Both the position numbers and the translations under genes were made by a program. The notes beneath the pieces are model-generated. The model did no database searches and was not told where the DNA came from. It worked only from the letters and a program-made list of their open reading frames with translations. From positions 973,615-1,037,614 of the forward strand of contig JAYQJO010000001.1 of the NCBI GenBank assembly GCA_038142205.1: 64,000 nt of DNA, in the 5' to 3' direction. The stretch comes from Pseudomonadota bacterium (GTDB lineage: Bacteria; Pseudomonadota; Gammaproteobacteria; Eutrophobiales; Eutrophobiaceae). Shown piece by piece: positions 52,640-62,605 of the stretch; the first letter of the stretch is position 1; the number at the start of each line of letters is the position of its first letter.

Positions 52640-53533
52640 ATGAAAATTAAATCAACCGAAATAGTCGATACATTTGCCGAAGCATTCAAAATGTATGGCA
52701 GCCGAATTATTATCACGGCGGAAACGAAAGAATGGGCAATGGCTGCCGCTCAATCAATAACCGGGTTTGCGACTTCAGTTATTGGTTGTAAATGTGAAGC
52801 AGGCATAGAAACAGAGATTTCTGCTGATGACTCACCTGACTTAAGACCCGGTGTTAGCGTTTTAATGTTTGCCATGGATGCAGAAAGCTTAGGCAAACGT
52901 TTAATGGAACGCATAGGCCAATGTGTCATGACCTGCCCTAGTACGGCCTGTTATAACGGATTAAATGAAGGGATGCCTGTCACTGTTGGTGGACAATTAC
53001 GCTACTTTGGCGACGGTAATCAAAGCAGTAAAGTCATGGGAGACAATAAATTTTGGCGTATACCCGTTATGGATGGCGAATTCCTTATTGAGGATTCTTT
53101 TAAGGTTCAGGAATCTGTCGGTGGCGGAAATATTTTAATTCTCGGTAAAAACCAAAAGGCCACACTCAAGGCTGCCAGTGCGGCAACCAAAGCCATGCGT
53201 ACTTTACCTGATATTATCCTACCCTTTCCGAATGGCGTTGTTCGAATCGGTAGTAAAGTCGGTTCAAGATATAAATCATTAATCGCTTCGACCAACCATG
53301 CATATTGTCCAACTCTGCGTGGCGTTGTTAAAAAATCAGAGTTAGGCGGTGACATTAATAGCGTCCTTGAAATCGTTATTGATGGTTTAAGTCCTGAAGC
53401 CGTTGAAGAAGCCATGCGTGTCGGTATGAATGCAGCTTCAAAACCGGGTATCAAACAGATATCTGCAGGTAATTATGGTGGCGATCTTGGTCAATACCAT
53501 TTGAAATTACATCAAATATTAGGAGCTGCATAA
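52640..53533 (+). CDS. ftr: Formylmethanofuran:H4MPT formyltransferase (copy 1)
   Basis: DTFAEAF, GFATSVIGC, RIGQCVMTCP, GSKVGS, EIVIDG, SAGNYGG. Confidence 0.93.
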   Translation: MKIKSTEIVDTFAEAFKMYGSRIIITAETKEWAMAAAQSITGFATSVIGCKCEAGIETEISADDSPDLRPGVSVLMFAMDAESLGKRLMERIGQCVMTCPSTACYNGLNEGMPVTVGGQLRYFGDGNQSSKVMGDNKFWRIPVMDGEFLIEDSFKVQESVGGGNILILGKNQKATLKAASAATKAMRTLPDIILPFPNGVVRIGSKVGSRYKSLIASTNHAYCPTLRGVVKKSELGGDINSVLEIVIDGLSPEAVEEAMRVGMNAASKPGIKQISAGNYGGDLGQYHLKLHQILGAA

Positions 53534-54345
53534 TGGCTCTAACACTCAAGTTACACACGCAACCGGATGTGCCGCTAGAAGCAGACTGCATTAGCCCTGA
53601 TCGACTTCAATCTTTAAGTCATTCAGAAGTTGCTTCTCAAACCGTATTCCATGGTAATCGTCAGGTGCCACTGGGTGAATTCTTTGATTGCTCAGGTAAG
53701 TTTGATGGTGAAATTGTTATTGATGGTGACTGTAACAAGATAAAACACATCGGTTCTGTTATGTCATTTGGCAAAATAACGGTTGAAGGTAATGTCGGCG
53801 TGCATACTGGCGCAGTGATGCGTGGCGGAGAGATTCTTATTAATGGTGATGCCAGTGATTGGGTTGGGCCTGAAATGCTGGGAGGAAGAATAACTGTCAA
53901 AGGTAATGCCGGGCACATGATAGGCAGCGGTTACCGAGGTAGCACAGTGGGTATGCAAGGCGGTGAAATTATTGTTCACGGCAATGTAAAAAATGAAACC
54001 GGCCATGTCATGCGACGCGGTTTGATTGTCGTTGGTGGTGACTCAGGTGATTTTACCGGCGTTAACATGCTTGCAGGTACTATTATTGTCCTGGGGCAAA
54101 TGGGCATTAGAACAGGCGCTGGAATGAAACGAGGCACTGTTATTAGTCTTCAAAAAGCGGAAATGATCCCGACCTTTAGTCATAGCTGCCAATATCACCC
54201 CTCTTTTATTCGTTATTATTATAGATACTTAAAAACGTTGGGACTCAATATCGATGAAACATTTCTGAATGGAATGTTTGAGCGTTGGTGTGGAGATTCA
54301 ATTGAATTAAATCGAGGAGAAATTCTTTTATACGCAGGAAAATAA
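53533..54345 (+). CDS. fwdC: Formylmethanofuran dehydrogenase subunit C (copy 1)
   Basis: ISPDRL, GxGxG beta-helix repeats, MRRG, GAGMKRGT, GEIL. Confidence 0.92.
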   Translation: MALTLKLHTQPDVPLEADCISPDRLQSLSHSEVASQTVFHGNRQVPLGEFFDCSGKFDGEIVIDGDCNKIKHIGSVMSFGKITVEGNVGVHTGAVMRGGEILINGDASDWVGPEMLGGRITVKGNAGHMIGSGYRGSTVGMQGGEIIVHGNVKNETGHVMRRGLIVVGGDSGDFTGVNMLAGTIIVLGQMGIRTGAGMKRGTVISLQKAEMIPTFSHSCQYHPSFIRYYYRYLKTLGLNIDETFLNGMFERWCGDSIELNRGEILLYAGK

Positions 54346-54392
54346 ACATCATCACCAGAGAATGCCTTTAAAGGCAATGAGGAGACAAAACG

Positions 54393-54698
54393 ATGACTAC
54401 AATCGTAACTGAAAACTGTAAAAACTGCCGTTTTACTGACTGTGTAACCGTATGCCCGGTCGCTTGCTTCCATTATGACGATGAAATGTTATATATCGAT
54501 CCAGATACATGTATCGATTGCAGCGCTTGTATTCCGGAATGCCCTGTTCAGGCAATTTTTGAGGGTGATGATATTCCAGAAGATCAAGAACATTGGATTG
54601 AAATTAATGCTGAGAAAGCAGCTTCACTGCCGGTTTGTGAAGAGCAAATGGAACCCTTAGCTGGAGCCGAAGAACGTAAAGCTGAATTAGGTTTTTAA
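54393..54698 (+). CDS. fdxA: Dicluster FdI/FdxA-type ferredoxin
   Basis: CKNCRFTDCVTVCP and CIDCSACIPECP; GAGGAG RBS. Confidence 0.9.
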   Translation: MTTIVTENCKNCRFTDCVTVCPVACFHYDDEMLYIDPDTCIDCSACIPECPVQAIFEGDDIPEDQEHWIEINAEKAASLPVCEEQMEPLAGAEERKAELGF

Positions 54699-54721
54699 CT
54701 TAACAATAAAATTAAAATAAT

Positions 54722-56104
54722 ATGTCAACTTTAGGAACAAATGAGAACCCTTTATTAATTGCAATAGTAGGTAGTGGCCCAAGCGGTTTCTATGCAGCAG
54801 AAGCGCTCATAAAATCAGACATTAAAACAAAAGTAGACATGTTAGAGCGTCTTCCCTCTCCTTATGGGCTTGTCAGAAGTGGAGTCGCACCTGACCATCA
54901 AAAGTTAAAACAAGTGATAGCGCTTTATCAAAAGACATCTAGTTCACCGGATTTTAATTTAATTGCTAACGTTAATGTTGGCGAAGATATTTCAGTCGAA
55001 GAACTTTGCCAATCACATCATGCTGTGATTATGACTTCAGGTGCAGAGACAGATAGAAAATTAGGTGTGCGTGGAGAAGATTTATCTGGAAGTTATACCG
55101 CAACGGAATTTGTCGGTTGGTATAACGGTCACCCAGATTATAGAGATCGTCAATTTGATCTCTCTCATGACGTTGCTGTAATTATTGGCCAAGGTAATGT
55201 TGCAGCAGACGTAAGTCGTATATTGGCAAAAACAGTTGATGAATTAAAACATACAGACATAGCACAACATGCACTTGATGCTCTGGCAGAAAGTAAAATA
55301 AAGGAAATTCATGTCATTGGGCGGCGTGGTCCAGCACAAGCCAAATTTACACCAAAAGAATTACGTGAATTTGGTGAACTCTCCGACTGTAATTCTATTG
55401 TTCGAGAAGAAGATATGCCTCTTAATCCCGAAAGCGAAACAGAGTTGCTGGAAAAAAGTAACATTGCAAGTAAAAAAATCTATGATCAATTTTGCGATTT
55501 TTCTAAACGTGAAATTGACACCTCAAAATCAAGAAATTGTCATTTTAGTTTTCTTATGGGGCCAAAAGAATTGGTAGGTGAATCAAAACTGGAAAAAGTA
55601 ATCCTGGAAAAAAATCAATTATCAGGTAATGCATTTAAACAATCGGCACGAGGAACAGGAGAAACGGTAGAACTTGAAACTGGAATACTATTTCGAAGTA
55701 TCGGTTATCGTGGCGTTCCTATAAGTGGTGTTCCATTTCATGATAGCTGGGGAACTATTCCTAATGAAAAAGGAAGAATTACCGATAACGATGGTAACCT
55801 AGTACCAAAACTTTATACCGCAGGCTGGATAAAACGCGGACCAAGTGGAATTATTGGTACTAATCGTGCGTGCAGTGTTGAAACAGTAGAAAGCTTACTG
55901 GAAGATTTAAATAAATTAGATGATGGCACAAGTAAAGCTGGTGCGGCAAAAATTTATTCAATACTAGATGACAAACAGATACAACATGTTAGTTTTAATG
56001 ATTGGGAAAAAATAGATAGAAAAGAAATTGAAGCTGGAGAGTCTAAAGATAAACCTCGCGAAAAATTCACATATATTAATGAGATGTTATCAATTATCAA
56101 GTAA
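54722..56104 (+). CDS. Ferredoxin-NADP+ reductase, adrenodoxin-reductase/FprA type
   Basis: GSGPSG, PYGLVRSGVAPDH, FVGWYNGHP, GQGNVAAD, GRRGP, GWIKRGPSGIIGTN. Confidence 0.92.
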   Translation: MSTLGTNENPLLIAIVGSGPSGFYAAEALIKSDIKTKVDMLERLPSPYGLVRSGVAPDHQKLKQVIALYQKTSSSPDFNLIANVNVGEDISVEELCQSHHAVIMTSGAETDRKLGVRGEDLSGSYTATEFVGWYNGHPDYRDRQFDLSHDVAVIIGQGNVAADVSRILAKTVDELKHTDIAQHALDALAESKIKEIHVIGRRGPAQAKFTPKELREFGELSDCNSIVREEDMPLNPESETELLEKSNIASKKIYDQFCDFSKREIDTSKSRNCHFSFLMGPKELVGESKLEKVILEKNQLSGNAFKQSARGTGETVELETGILFRSIGYRGVPISGVPFHDSWGTIPNEKGRITDNDGNLVPKLYTAGWIKRGPSGIIGTNRACSVETVESLLEDLNKLDDGTSKAGAAKIYSILDDKQIQHVSFNDWEKIDRKEIEAGESKDKPREKFTYINEMLSIIK

Positions 56105-56134
56105 AGTGATTTAATCTAAATCATTCTCTTTTTT
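56105..56134 (+). terminator. Weak terminator-like hairpin after the reductase
   Basis: AGTGATTTA-ATC-TAAATCATT followed by CTCTTTTTT. Confidence 0.4.
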
Positions 56135-56253
56135 AGACTAAAATAATAATAAGAACAGTGAAGCGGCTAATAATAATTGGCGCAAACTAATTTTTGTTGT
56201 AACGCGTTTTGCAACACTTTAATTATAAAAAATTAAAAACCTAGGATTTATCG

Positions 56254-57531
56254 TTGGAAGAAAATACAAACTATAACGGCACTGTCACGAAAAATGTTTC
56301 TTGTCCATTTTGCGGGATACTGTGCGATGATCTTGTCATTCAAAATGAAGAAAACCATTTAAAAGTTTTAAAAAATGGTTGCCTAAAGTCAAAAGCGATT
56401 ATTCAAAAAGATATAGCAAAAGCTTCTGCTCAGCTTAAAGGTAAAAATGTTTCTCTTGATGAGGCAATTGATCATGCTTCTAATATTTTGAAAAAATCAC
56501 ATGCGCCTCTTTTTGCAGGTTTAGGTACTGAAGTTTCAGGTATGCGTAAAGTCATGGAATTAGCAGATAAAACAGGGGCGATTCTTGATCATATGCACGG
56601 TGATGGTTTAATTCGTAACATACTAGTACTACAAGATCTTGGCTGGTTAACTACAACTATGGCCGAAATCAAAAACCGGGCTGATCTAGTTATTTTTGCG
56701 GGCACCGATGCAACAAACTTCCCAAGGTTCTATGAACGCGTTATTTGGAATAAAAATTCAATGTTCATAAAAAATAGTGAAGAAAAAGATATCGTTTATA
56801 TAGGAGACAATCTGGATAGCAAACCAGGCATCAGTCCAAATGGAAAACGCCCGATACATTTAAAATGCAAAACAGAAGAAATTGGTGAAATTATTTCAAG
56901 CTTACACGCACTTGCTTCCGAAGCGACATTGGATGTTAAAGAAGTTGCCGGAATTAAAATAAGCACACTGAAAGCATTAGCAGAAAAGATGAAAACTACT
57001 AAGTACGGCGTTATAGTCTGGGCACCAAGCGAACTCGATATTCCTCATGCAGAGCTTACCATTCAAAACTTCTGTGAAACGGTTAAGTATCTAACTCGTT
57101 TTACTCGCTTTGCCGGTTTTTCCTTAGGTGGCAATGATGGCGGCATGAGTGCTATTGGTGTTAGTGCATGGCAAAGCGGCTACCCTTTACGTGTTAATTT
57201 TAATAAAGGTTACCCAGACTATGATGCGCATCGATATTCAACAAAAAATGTATTAAGGAATAAAGAAGTTGACGCCCTGCTCTGGGTATCCAGTTTTGAA
57301 TCAGAAAAAACACCTCCTAAAGCCTCTATACCAACAATTGTGCTAGGCAACCCTGGATACAAATTAGGTTTTAAACCAGATGTTTTTATTCCTGTTGCGA
57401 CCCCAGGCGTTGATCATACTGGACAAATAATCCGTACAGACAGTGTTGTATCACTTCCATTAAAACAACTAAGACACTCCCCTTATGAAAGTGTTCATTC
57501 AATACTCAAACAAATTATAGTCAGGCTCTAG
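56254..57531 (+). CDS. fhcB: Formyltransferase/hydrolase complex subunit B (non-catalytic FwdB homologue)
   Basis: CPFCGILCDD retained, but ILDHMHGDG replaces the Cys-His ligand motif and LGGNDG replaces RGHxNV; EIKNRAD, WQSGYP. Confidence 0.9.
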   Translation: MEENTNYNGTVTKNVSCPFCGILCDDLVIQNEENHLKVLKNGCLKSKAIIQKDIAKASAQLKGKNVSLDEAIDHASNILKKSHAPLFAGLGTEVSGMRKVMELADKTGAILDHMHGDGLIRNILVLQDLGWLTTTMAEIKNRADLVIFAGTDATNFPRFYERVIWNKNSMFIKNSEEKDIVYIGDNLDSKPGISPNGKRPIHLKCKTEEIGEIISSLHALASEATLDVKEVAGIKISTLKALAEKMKTTKYGVIVWAPSELDIPHAELTIQNFCETVKYLTRFTRFAGFSLGGNDGGMSAIGVSAWQSGYPLRVNFNKGYPDYDAHRYSTKNVLRNKEVDALLWVSSFESEKTPPKASIPTIVLGNPGYKLGFKPDVFIPVATPGVDHTGQIIRTDSVVSLPLKQLRHSPYESVHSILKQIIVRL

Positions 57532-57540
57532 GTTGAATTA

Positions 57541-59195
57541 ATGTATACAAAATTAACAAACGGAAAAATCTACGATCCTGTTCACGGGATAAACGGAGAA
57601 CACCGGGATATTTATATTCGTGATGGTTACATCACACGAAAACCTTCTGCTAATGTAAAAATAGATCAAACCTTTGACATGAAAGGTAAGATTATTATGG
57701 CTGGAGCTATCGATATACACACTCATATTGGTGGCGGCAAAGTTAATATCGCCCGAATGATGTTACCTGAAGATCACGAAGCTGACTTGGTAAGCAAAAC
57801 AAACATAACGCGTTCTGGCTGTGGCAATGCTGCACCTTCTACCTTGACCGCTGGCTATCGCTATGCCGAGATGGGATACACTGCTTGTTTTGAACCGGCG
57901 ATGTTACCAACAAATGCACGTCAAACACATATGGAAATGGCAGATACCCCAATGGTTGATAAAGGCGCCTATGCCTTGATTGGTAGCGATGATTTTTTCT
58001 TACGCATGATGGCTTCAAAAAAAGAGCAAGCCGCAATCAGCGACTATGTTGGTTGGATAATTAACGCAACACAAGCATTAGGTATAAAGGTTGTTAACCC
58101 TGGTGGAATCAATGCATTCAAATTTAATCAACGTAAACTTGATTTGGATGAACAAAACTCGCATTACGGCGTATCACCTCGACAAATTTTAATCGCATTA
58201 GCTAGAGCTGTAACAGAATTAGGTATTCCCCATCCATTACATGTACATGGCTGTAACCTAGGTGTGCCCGGCAATGTAGAAACTACACTAGAAACTATTC
58301 GGGCGGCAGAAGGCATGCGCATGCATATAACACATATTCAGTTCCACAGTTACGGAATTGAAGGGGACAGAAAGTTTTCATCTGGCGCAGCTGAAATTGC
58401 AGAGGCAATTAATAAAAACCCGAATATTTCTGTCGATGTTGGCCAAATTCTATTTGGGCAGACTGTTACTGCTTCTGGTGATGCTATGCACCAATATGAA
58501 AGTCATTGGCATGCTCATCCAAAAAATGGGTGGTGATGGATATTGAATGTGATGCGGGTTGTGGTGTTGTTCCATTTAAATATCGCGACAAAAACTTTGT
58601 TAATGCATTGCAGTGGGCTATTGGCCTTGAGTTATTTTTACTTATTGATGATCCATGGCGAGTTTTCCTGACGACCGATCATCCTAATGGCGCCCCTTTT
58701 ACCAGCTATCCACACTTAATTCGCTTGCTGATGGATAAAAGCTTTAGAAACGATATGCTTTCTACAATTAACAAAGATTCAGCTGCGAGCAGTACACTTG
58801 CAAGTATAGATAGAGAATATTCCCTGTATGAAATTGCTATCATGACTCGAGCTGCACCAGCAAGAAGCCTGGGTTTAAAAAATCGCGGTCATTTAGGTTC
58901 TGGCGCGATAGCTGATATCACGGTTTACACTGAACAAAAAAATAAAGAAAAAATGTTCAGTACGCCTGACTATGTTTTCAAAGATGGTGAAGTCATTGTG
59001 AAAAAAGGGAAAATTAGCAAAGTTGTTCATGGTGGAACACATACTTTAAGGCCTGAATTTGATATGGGAATTGAAAAATCACTAAAACGTTATTTCGATC
59101 AATATCAAACAATGAGCCTTGGAAATTTTAAAATAGATGATGATGAAATTGTTGAACATGGCAATAGTAAAATTATTGTTCAACCTTGCATGTAA
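57541..59195 (+). CDS. fhcA: Formyltransferase/hydrolase complex subunit A (frameshift at A6 58521-58526)
   Basis: DIHTHIGGGK, KVVNPGG, HVHGCNLG, HITHIQF, then ECDAGCG, QWAIGLE, TTDHPNG. Confidence 0.93.
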
Positions 59196-59204
59196 AATAA
59201 AGTC

Positions 59205-60104
59205 ATGAAAATTAACGGTGTAGAAATTGTAGATACGTTTGCGGAAGCTTTCCCTATGAAAGCAACTCGCATAATCATAACGGCTATGACATTAAAGTGG
59301 GCCTACCAAGCAGCGAACGCAATTCGCGGCTTTGCCTCTTCTGTTATTGCTTGTGGTATTGAGGCAGATATAGAACGGGAACTGACTCCATCAGAAACTC
59401 CTGATGGGCGCCCAGGTATTTCGGTCATGATATTCGCCATGTCGCTTAAAGAACTGGAAAAACATGTCCCGACACGCGTGGGACAATCCGTTATGACTAC
59501 AGCAACAACAGCTTGTTTTTCTGGGATAGACGATGCTACTCAAAAAGTATCAATGGGAAAAAGTTTACGTTTTTTTGGAGATGGTTATCAGATTTCAAAG
59601 ACAATAGGTAATAAACGTTTTTGGAGAATTCCTGTAATGCATGGCGAATTTATCTGTGAAGAAACATCAGGCGTAACTAAAGCTATTGGTAGTGGTAATT
59701 TTCTTGTTTTTGCGAAAACAGCACGTCAGGGGCTGGCCGCATGCGAAAAAGCAGTCGATGAAATTCAAAAGCTCCCGGGTGTCATCACCGCTTTTCCTGG
59801 TGGTGTCGTAGGTTCCGGCTCAAAAGTGGGTTCGAAATATAGCTATCTAACAGCGTCAACAAATGAAGCATACTGCCCTACTTTAAAAGGCCAAGTTAAT
59901 TCGGCATTAAGTGATGATGTTGGCTCTGTCCTGGAAATTGTTATTGATGGTTTATCTGAAGAATCAATTAATGAAGCAATGCGCATCGGTATTAAAGCAG
60001 CGTGCTCATTCGGTGCAGTGAAAGGTATCTGTAGCATCAGTGCCGGCAACTACGGTGGTAATCTGGGGCCTCATTTATTTCATTTAAGGAAGCTATTGAA
60101 ATGA
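59205..60104 (+). CDS. fhcD: Formyltransferase/hydrolase complex subunit D (formyltransferase copy 2)
   Basis: DTFAEAF, TPDGRPG, GSKVGSKY, EIVIDG, SAGNYGG. Confidence 0.93.
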   Translation: MKINGVEIVDTFAEAFPMKATRIIITAMTLKWAYQAANAIRGFASSVIACGIEADIERELTPSETPDGRPGISVMIFAMSLKELEKHVPTRVGQSVMTTATTACFSGIDDATQKVSMGKSLRFFGDGYQISKTIGNKRFWRIPVMHGEFICEETSGVTKAIGSGNFLVFAKTARQGLAACEKAVDEIQKLPGVITAFPGGVVGSGSKVGSKYSYLTASTNEAYCPTLKGQVNSALSDDVGSVLEIVIDGLSEESINEAMRIGIKAACSFGAVKGICSISAGNYGGNLGPHLFHLRKLLK

Positions 60105-60934
60105 GCGCATTGACACTGACATTAAAGTCTCACCCTAAATTCACGCTAGACATGTCTCCTATTACGCCAGACAAGTTGCAGGATTTATCACTCGAAAAAA
60201 TTAAAAAATTAAAATTGGGCTATGGCAAGAAAACAGTAAAAGTAGAAGCATTGTTTGCTGTAAAAGGTCGTGATAAAAATAATATTGTCATTAATAAAAG
60301 TCATAGCCAGCTTATATGTATTGGCAAAGAAATGAGCATGGGAAAAATTACAGTGAAGGGTGATGTTGGTGACTTTCTGGGACAGTTGATGAAAAAAAAT
60401 GGTGAAATCACAGTGCACGGCAATGCTGGCTCATGGGCTGGAAATGGAATGTCCGGTGGCCGCATTAACGTAATTGGTAATGTGCTCGATTATGCAGGTG
60501 GAGGTTTACCCGGCAACGCATTCGGTATGACTAATGGCTTAATTAATATTACCGGTAATGCTGGTGATCGAGTTGGCGATCGTATGCGACGTGGCATTAT
60601 TGTTATTCAAGGGAAATCAGGGGACTTTTGTGGAAGTCGAATCCATGCCGGAACCATTATCGCTTTGGGTAAAGTAGGAAAAAACCCCGGTGAAGGTATG
60701 CGACGAGGAACAGTCATACTCGCTAAAAAACCCGCGCATATCTCTTCTACATTTAAAAGTTGTGGTAATCTTAAAATGCAGTTTTTACGCTTACTTTTTA
60801 CACAATTGTCAAAAATAGATGATTGTTTTCAGTTTTTTAGTAAGTACGGACCTGAAGCCCATCGCTTTGCAGGCGATATAGCAAGAAATGGCAAAGGTGA
60901 AATATTAATTTTACAAACTATGAATAAAAGATAA
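60101..60934 (+). CDS. fhcC: Formyltransferase/hydrolase complex subunit C
   Basis: LDMSPITPD, GDRMRRG, GMRRGT, GD..GKGEI. Confidence 0.92.
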   Translation: MSALTLTLKSHPKFTLDMSPITPDKLQDLSLEKIKKLKLGYGKKTVKVEALFAVKGRDKNNIVINKSHSQLICIGKEMSMGKITVKGDVGDFLGQLMKKNGEITVHGNAGSWAGNGMSGGRINVIGNVLDYAGGGLPGNAFGMTNGLINITGNAGDRVGDRMRRGIIVIQGKSGDFCGSRIHAGTIIALGKVGKNPGEGMRRGTVILAKKPAHISSTFKSCGNLKMQFLRLLFTQLSKIDDCFQFFSKYGPEAHRFAGDIARNGKGEILILQTMNKR

Positions 60935-60937
60935 GCA

Positions 60938-62605
60938 ATGAAACGTACTCGTGGTAAGAAAGGCCGAATACTTGGCAGGGTCATGGATCAACATGCACTA
61001 TTACAAGTGCAGGAACTGATAGGTGACGAAGCAAAAACTCGTGATATGTTGATAGAGCACCTGCATAAGATACAGGATAAGTATCATCATATTTCCAACA
61101 GACATATTCTTGCACTGGCTAAGGAAATGAACTTACCAATGGCAGAAGTTTATGAGACAGCCACGTTTTATCATCACTTTGATGTTACGAAAGAAGGTGA
61201 AATTCCACCACCATCTATAACATTGCGCGTTTGTGAGTCAGTAAGTTGTGAAATGTTTGGTGCGAAAAAACTCATTGAAGAGTTGGGACCAGAAATAGAC
61301 AAGAAAAAAGTTCGAATCCAGCCTGTTCCTTGTGTAGGTCGTTGTGCAGCAGCGCCTGTTGCTGTGTTGGGCACTAACCCTATCGAAAAAGCAAATAAAG
61401 AATCGGTTATAGCGGCTATAGAAAATAAAAAATTAACTGATTCACTCCCTGAAAACTATATTGATTACAACACCTATAAAGAACAAAGCGGATATAAAAC
61501 ACTTGTTGATTGCATCAATGGCAAATATCAGCCAGAAGACATAATCGCTACTTTGGAAGACTCAAACATACGTGGTTTAGGTGGAGCAGGCTTTCCTATT
61601 GGTCGTAAATGGCAAATATTAAGTAAGCAAAAAGAACCTAAGATGATTGCAATAAATATTGATGAAGGAGAACCCGGCACATTTAAAGATCGATATTATC
61701 TGGAAACCGATCCTCATCGTTTTATTGAAGGGACTTTAATTGCACATTGGGCAATAAAAGCCAAAGATGTTTATATCTATCTACGCGATGAATATGCCGG
61801 TTGTCGAATGATGTTAGAAAAAGAACTAAAAGCACTTAAGAGTAATCCGCCTTGTGAATTACCGGAGATACATCTGCGTCGTGGTGCAGGCGCTTATATC
61901 TGTGGTGAAGAGTCGGCCATGATTGAATCAATTGAAGGTAAACGCGGCATGCCACGCCTGCGGCCACCTTATCTAGCAGAAGTAGGATTATTTGGTCATC
62001 CTACACTTGAGCAAAACATGGAGAGTATGCACTGGATAAGAGACATCATAGAAAAAGGTGCTGATTGGTTTTCATCTAACGGTCGACGCGATAGAAAAGG
62101 CCTCCGTTCATTCTCTGTTAGCGGCCGTGTAAATAAACCAGGCGTTCATCTAGCACCTGCAGGTATTAGCATGCGTGAATTAATTGATGAGTATTGCGAT
62201 GGCATGATAAATGGGCACGAATTCTACGGTTATTTTCCTGGGGGCGCTTCTGGTGGAATATTACCGGCTTCTCTTGGAGATGAACCATTAGATTTCGATA
62301 CATTACAAAAACACGGTTGTTTTATTGGTTCTGCCGCAATCGTCGTGTTATCTAACAAAGATAGTGCTAAAGAAATGGCATTAAATTCAATGCGTTTCTT
62401 TGAAGATGAATCTTGTGGTCAATGTACACCATGTCGTGTTGGTACAGAAAAGGCCGTAAAGCTCATGGAAAAAGATGAATGGGATCAACCTCTATTAGAA
62501 GAATTATCTTCTGCCATGATCGATGCTTCTATTTGTGGCCTTGGTCAAGCTGCCCCGAATCCATTACGTTGCGCAATGAAATATTTTCCAGAGGAATTTG
62601 AATAA
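60938..62605 (+). CDS. NAD-dependent formate dehydrogenase beta subunit (NuoE/NuoF-like, Fdh1B type)
   Basis: LIEHLHKIQD, CESVSC..CVGRC 2Fe-2S, GLGGAGFP, DEGEPGTFKD, GAYICGEE, ESCGQCTPCR..SICGLG. Confidence 0.92.
   Translation: MKRTRGKKGRILGRVMDQHALLQVQELIGDEAKTRDMLIEHLHKIQDKYHHISNRHILALAKEMNLPMAEVYETATFYHHFDVTKEGEIPPPSITLRVCESVSCEMFGAKKLIEELGPEIDKKKVRIQPVPCVGRCAAAPVAVLGTNPIEKANKESVIAAIENKKLTDSLPENYIDYNTYKEQSGYKTLVDCINGKYQPEDIIATLEDSNIRGLGGAGFPIGRKWQILSKQKEPKMIAINIDEGEPGTFKDRYYLETDPHRFIEGTLIAHWAIKAKDVYIYLRDEYAGCRMMLEKELKALKSNPPCELPEIHLRRGAGAYICGEESAMIESIEGKRGMPRLRPPYLAEVGLFGHPTLEQNMESMHWIRDIIEKGADWFSSNGRRDRKGLRSFSVSGRVNKPGVHLAPAGISMRELIDEYCDGMINGHEFYGYFPGGASGGILPASLGDEPLDFDTLQKHGCFIGSAAIVVLSNKDSAKEMALNSMRFFEDESCGQCTPCRVGTEKAVKLMEKDEWDQPLLEELSSAMIDASICGLGQAAPNPLRCAMKYFPEEFE

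Noticed and set aside
56177-56195. Sigma54 promoter before fhcB
   Set aside because: TTGGCGC is present but there is no GC at -12
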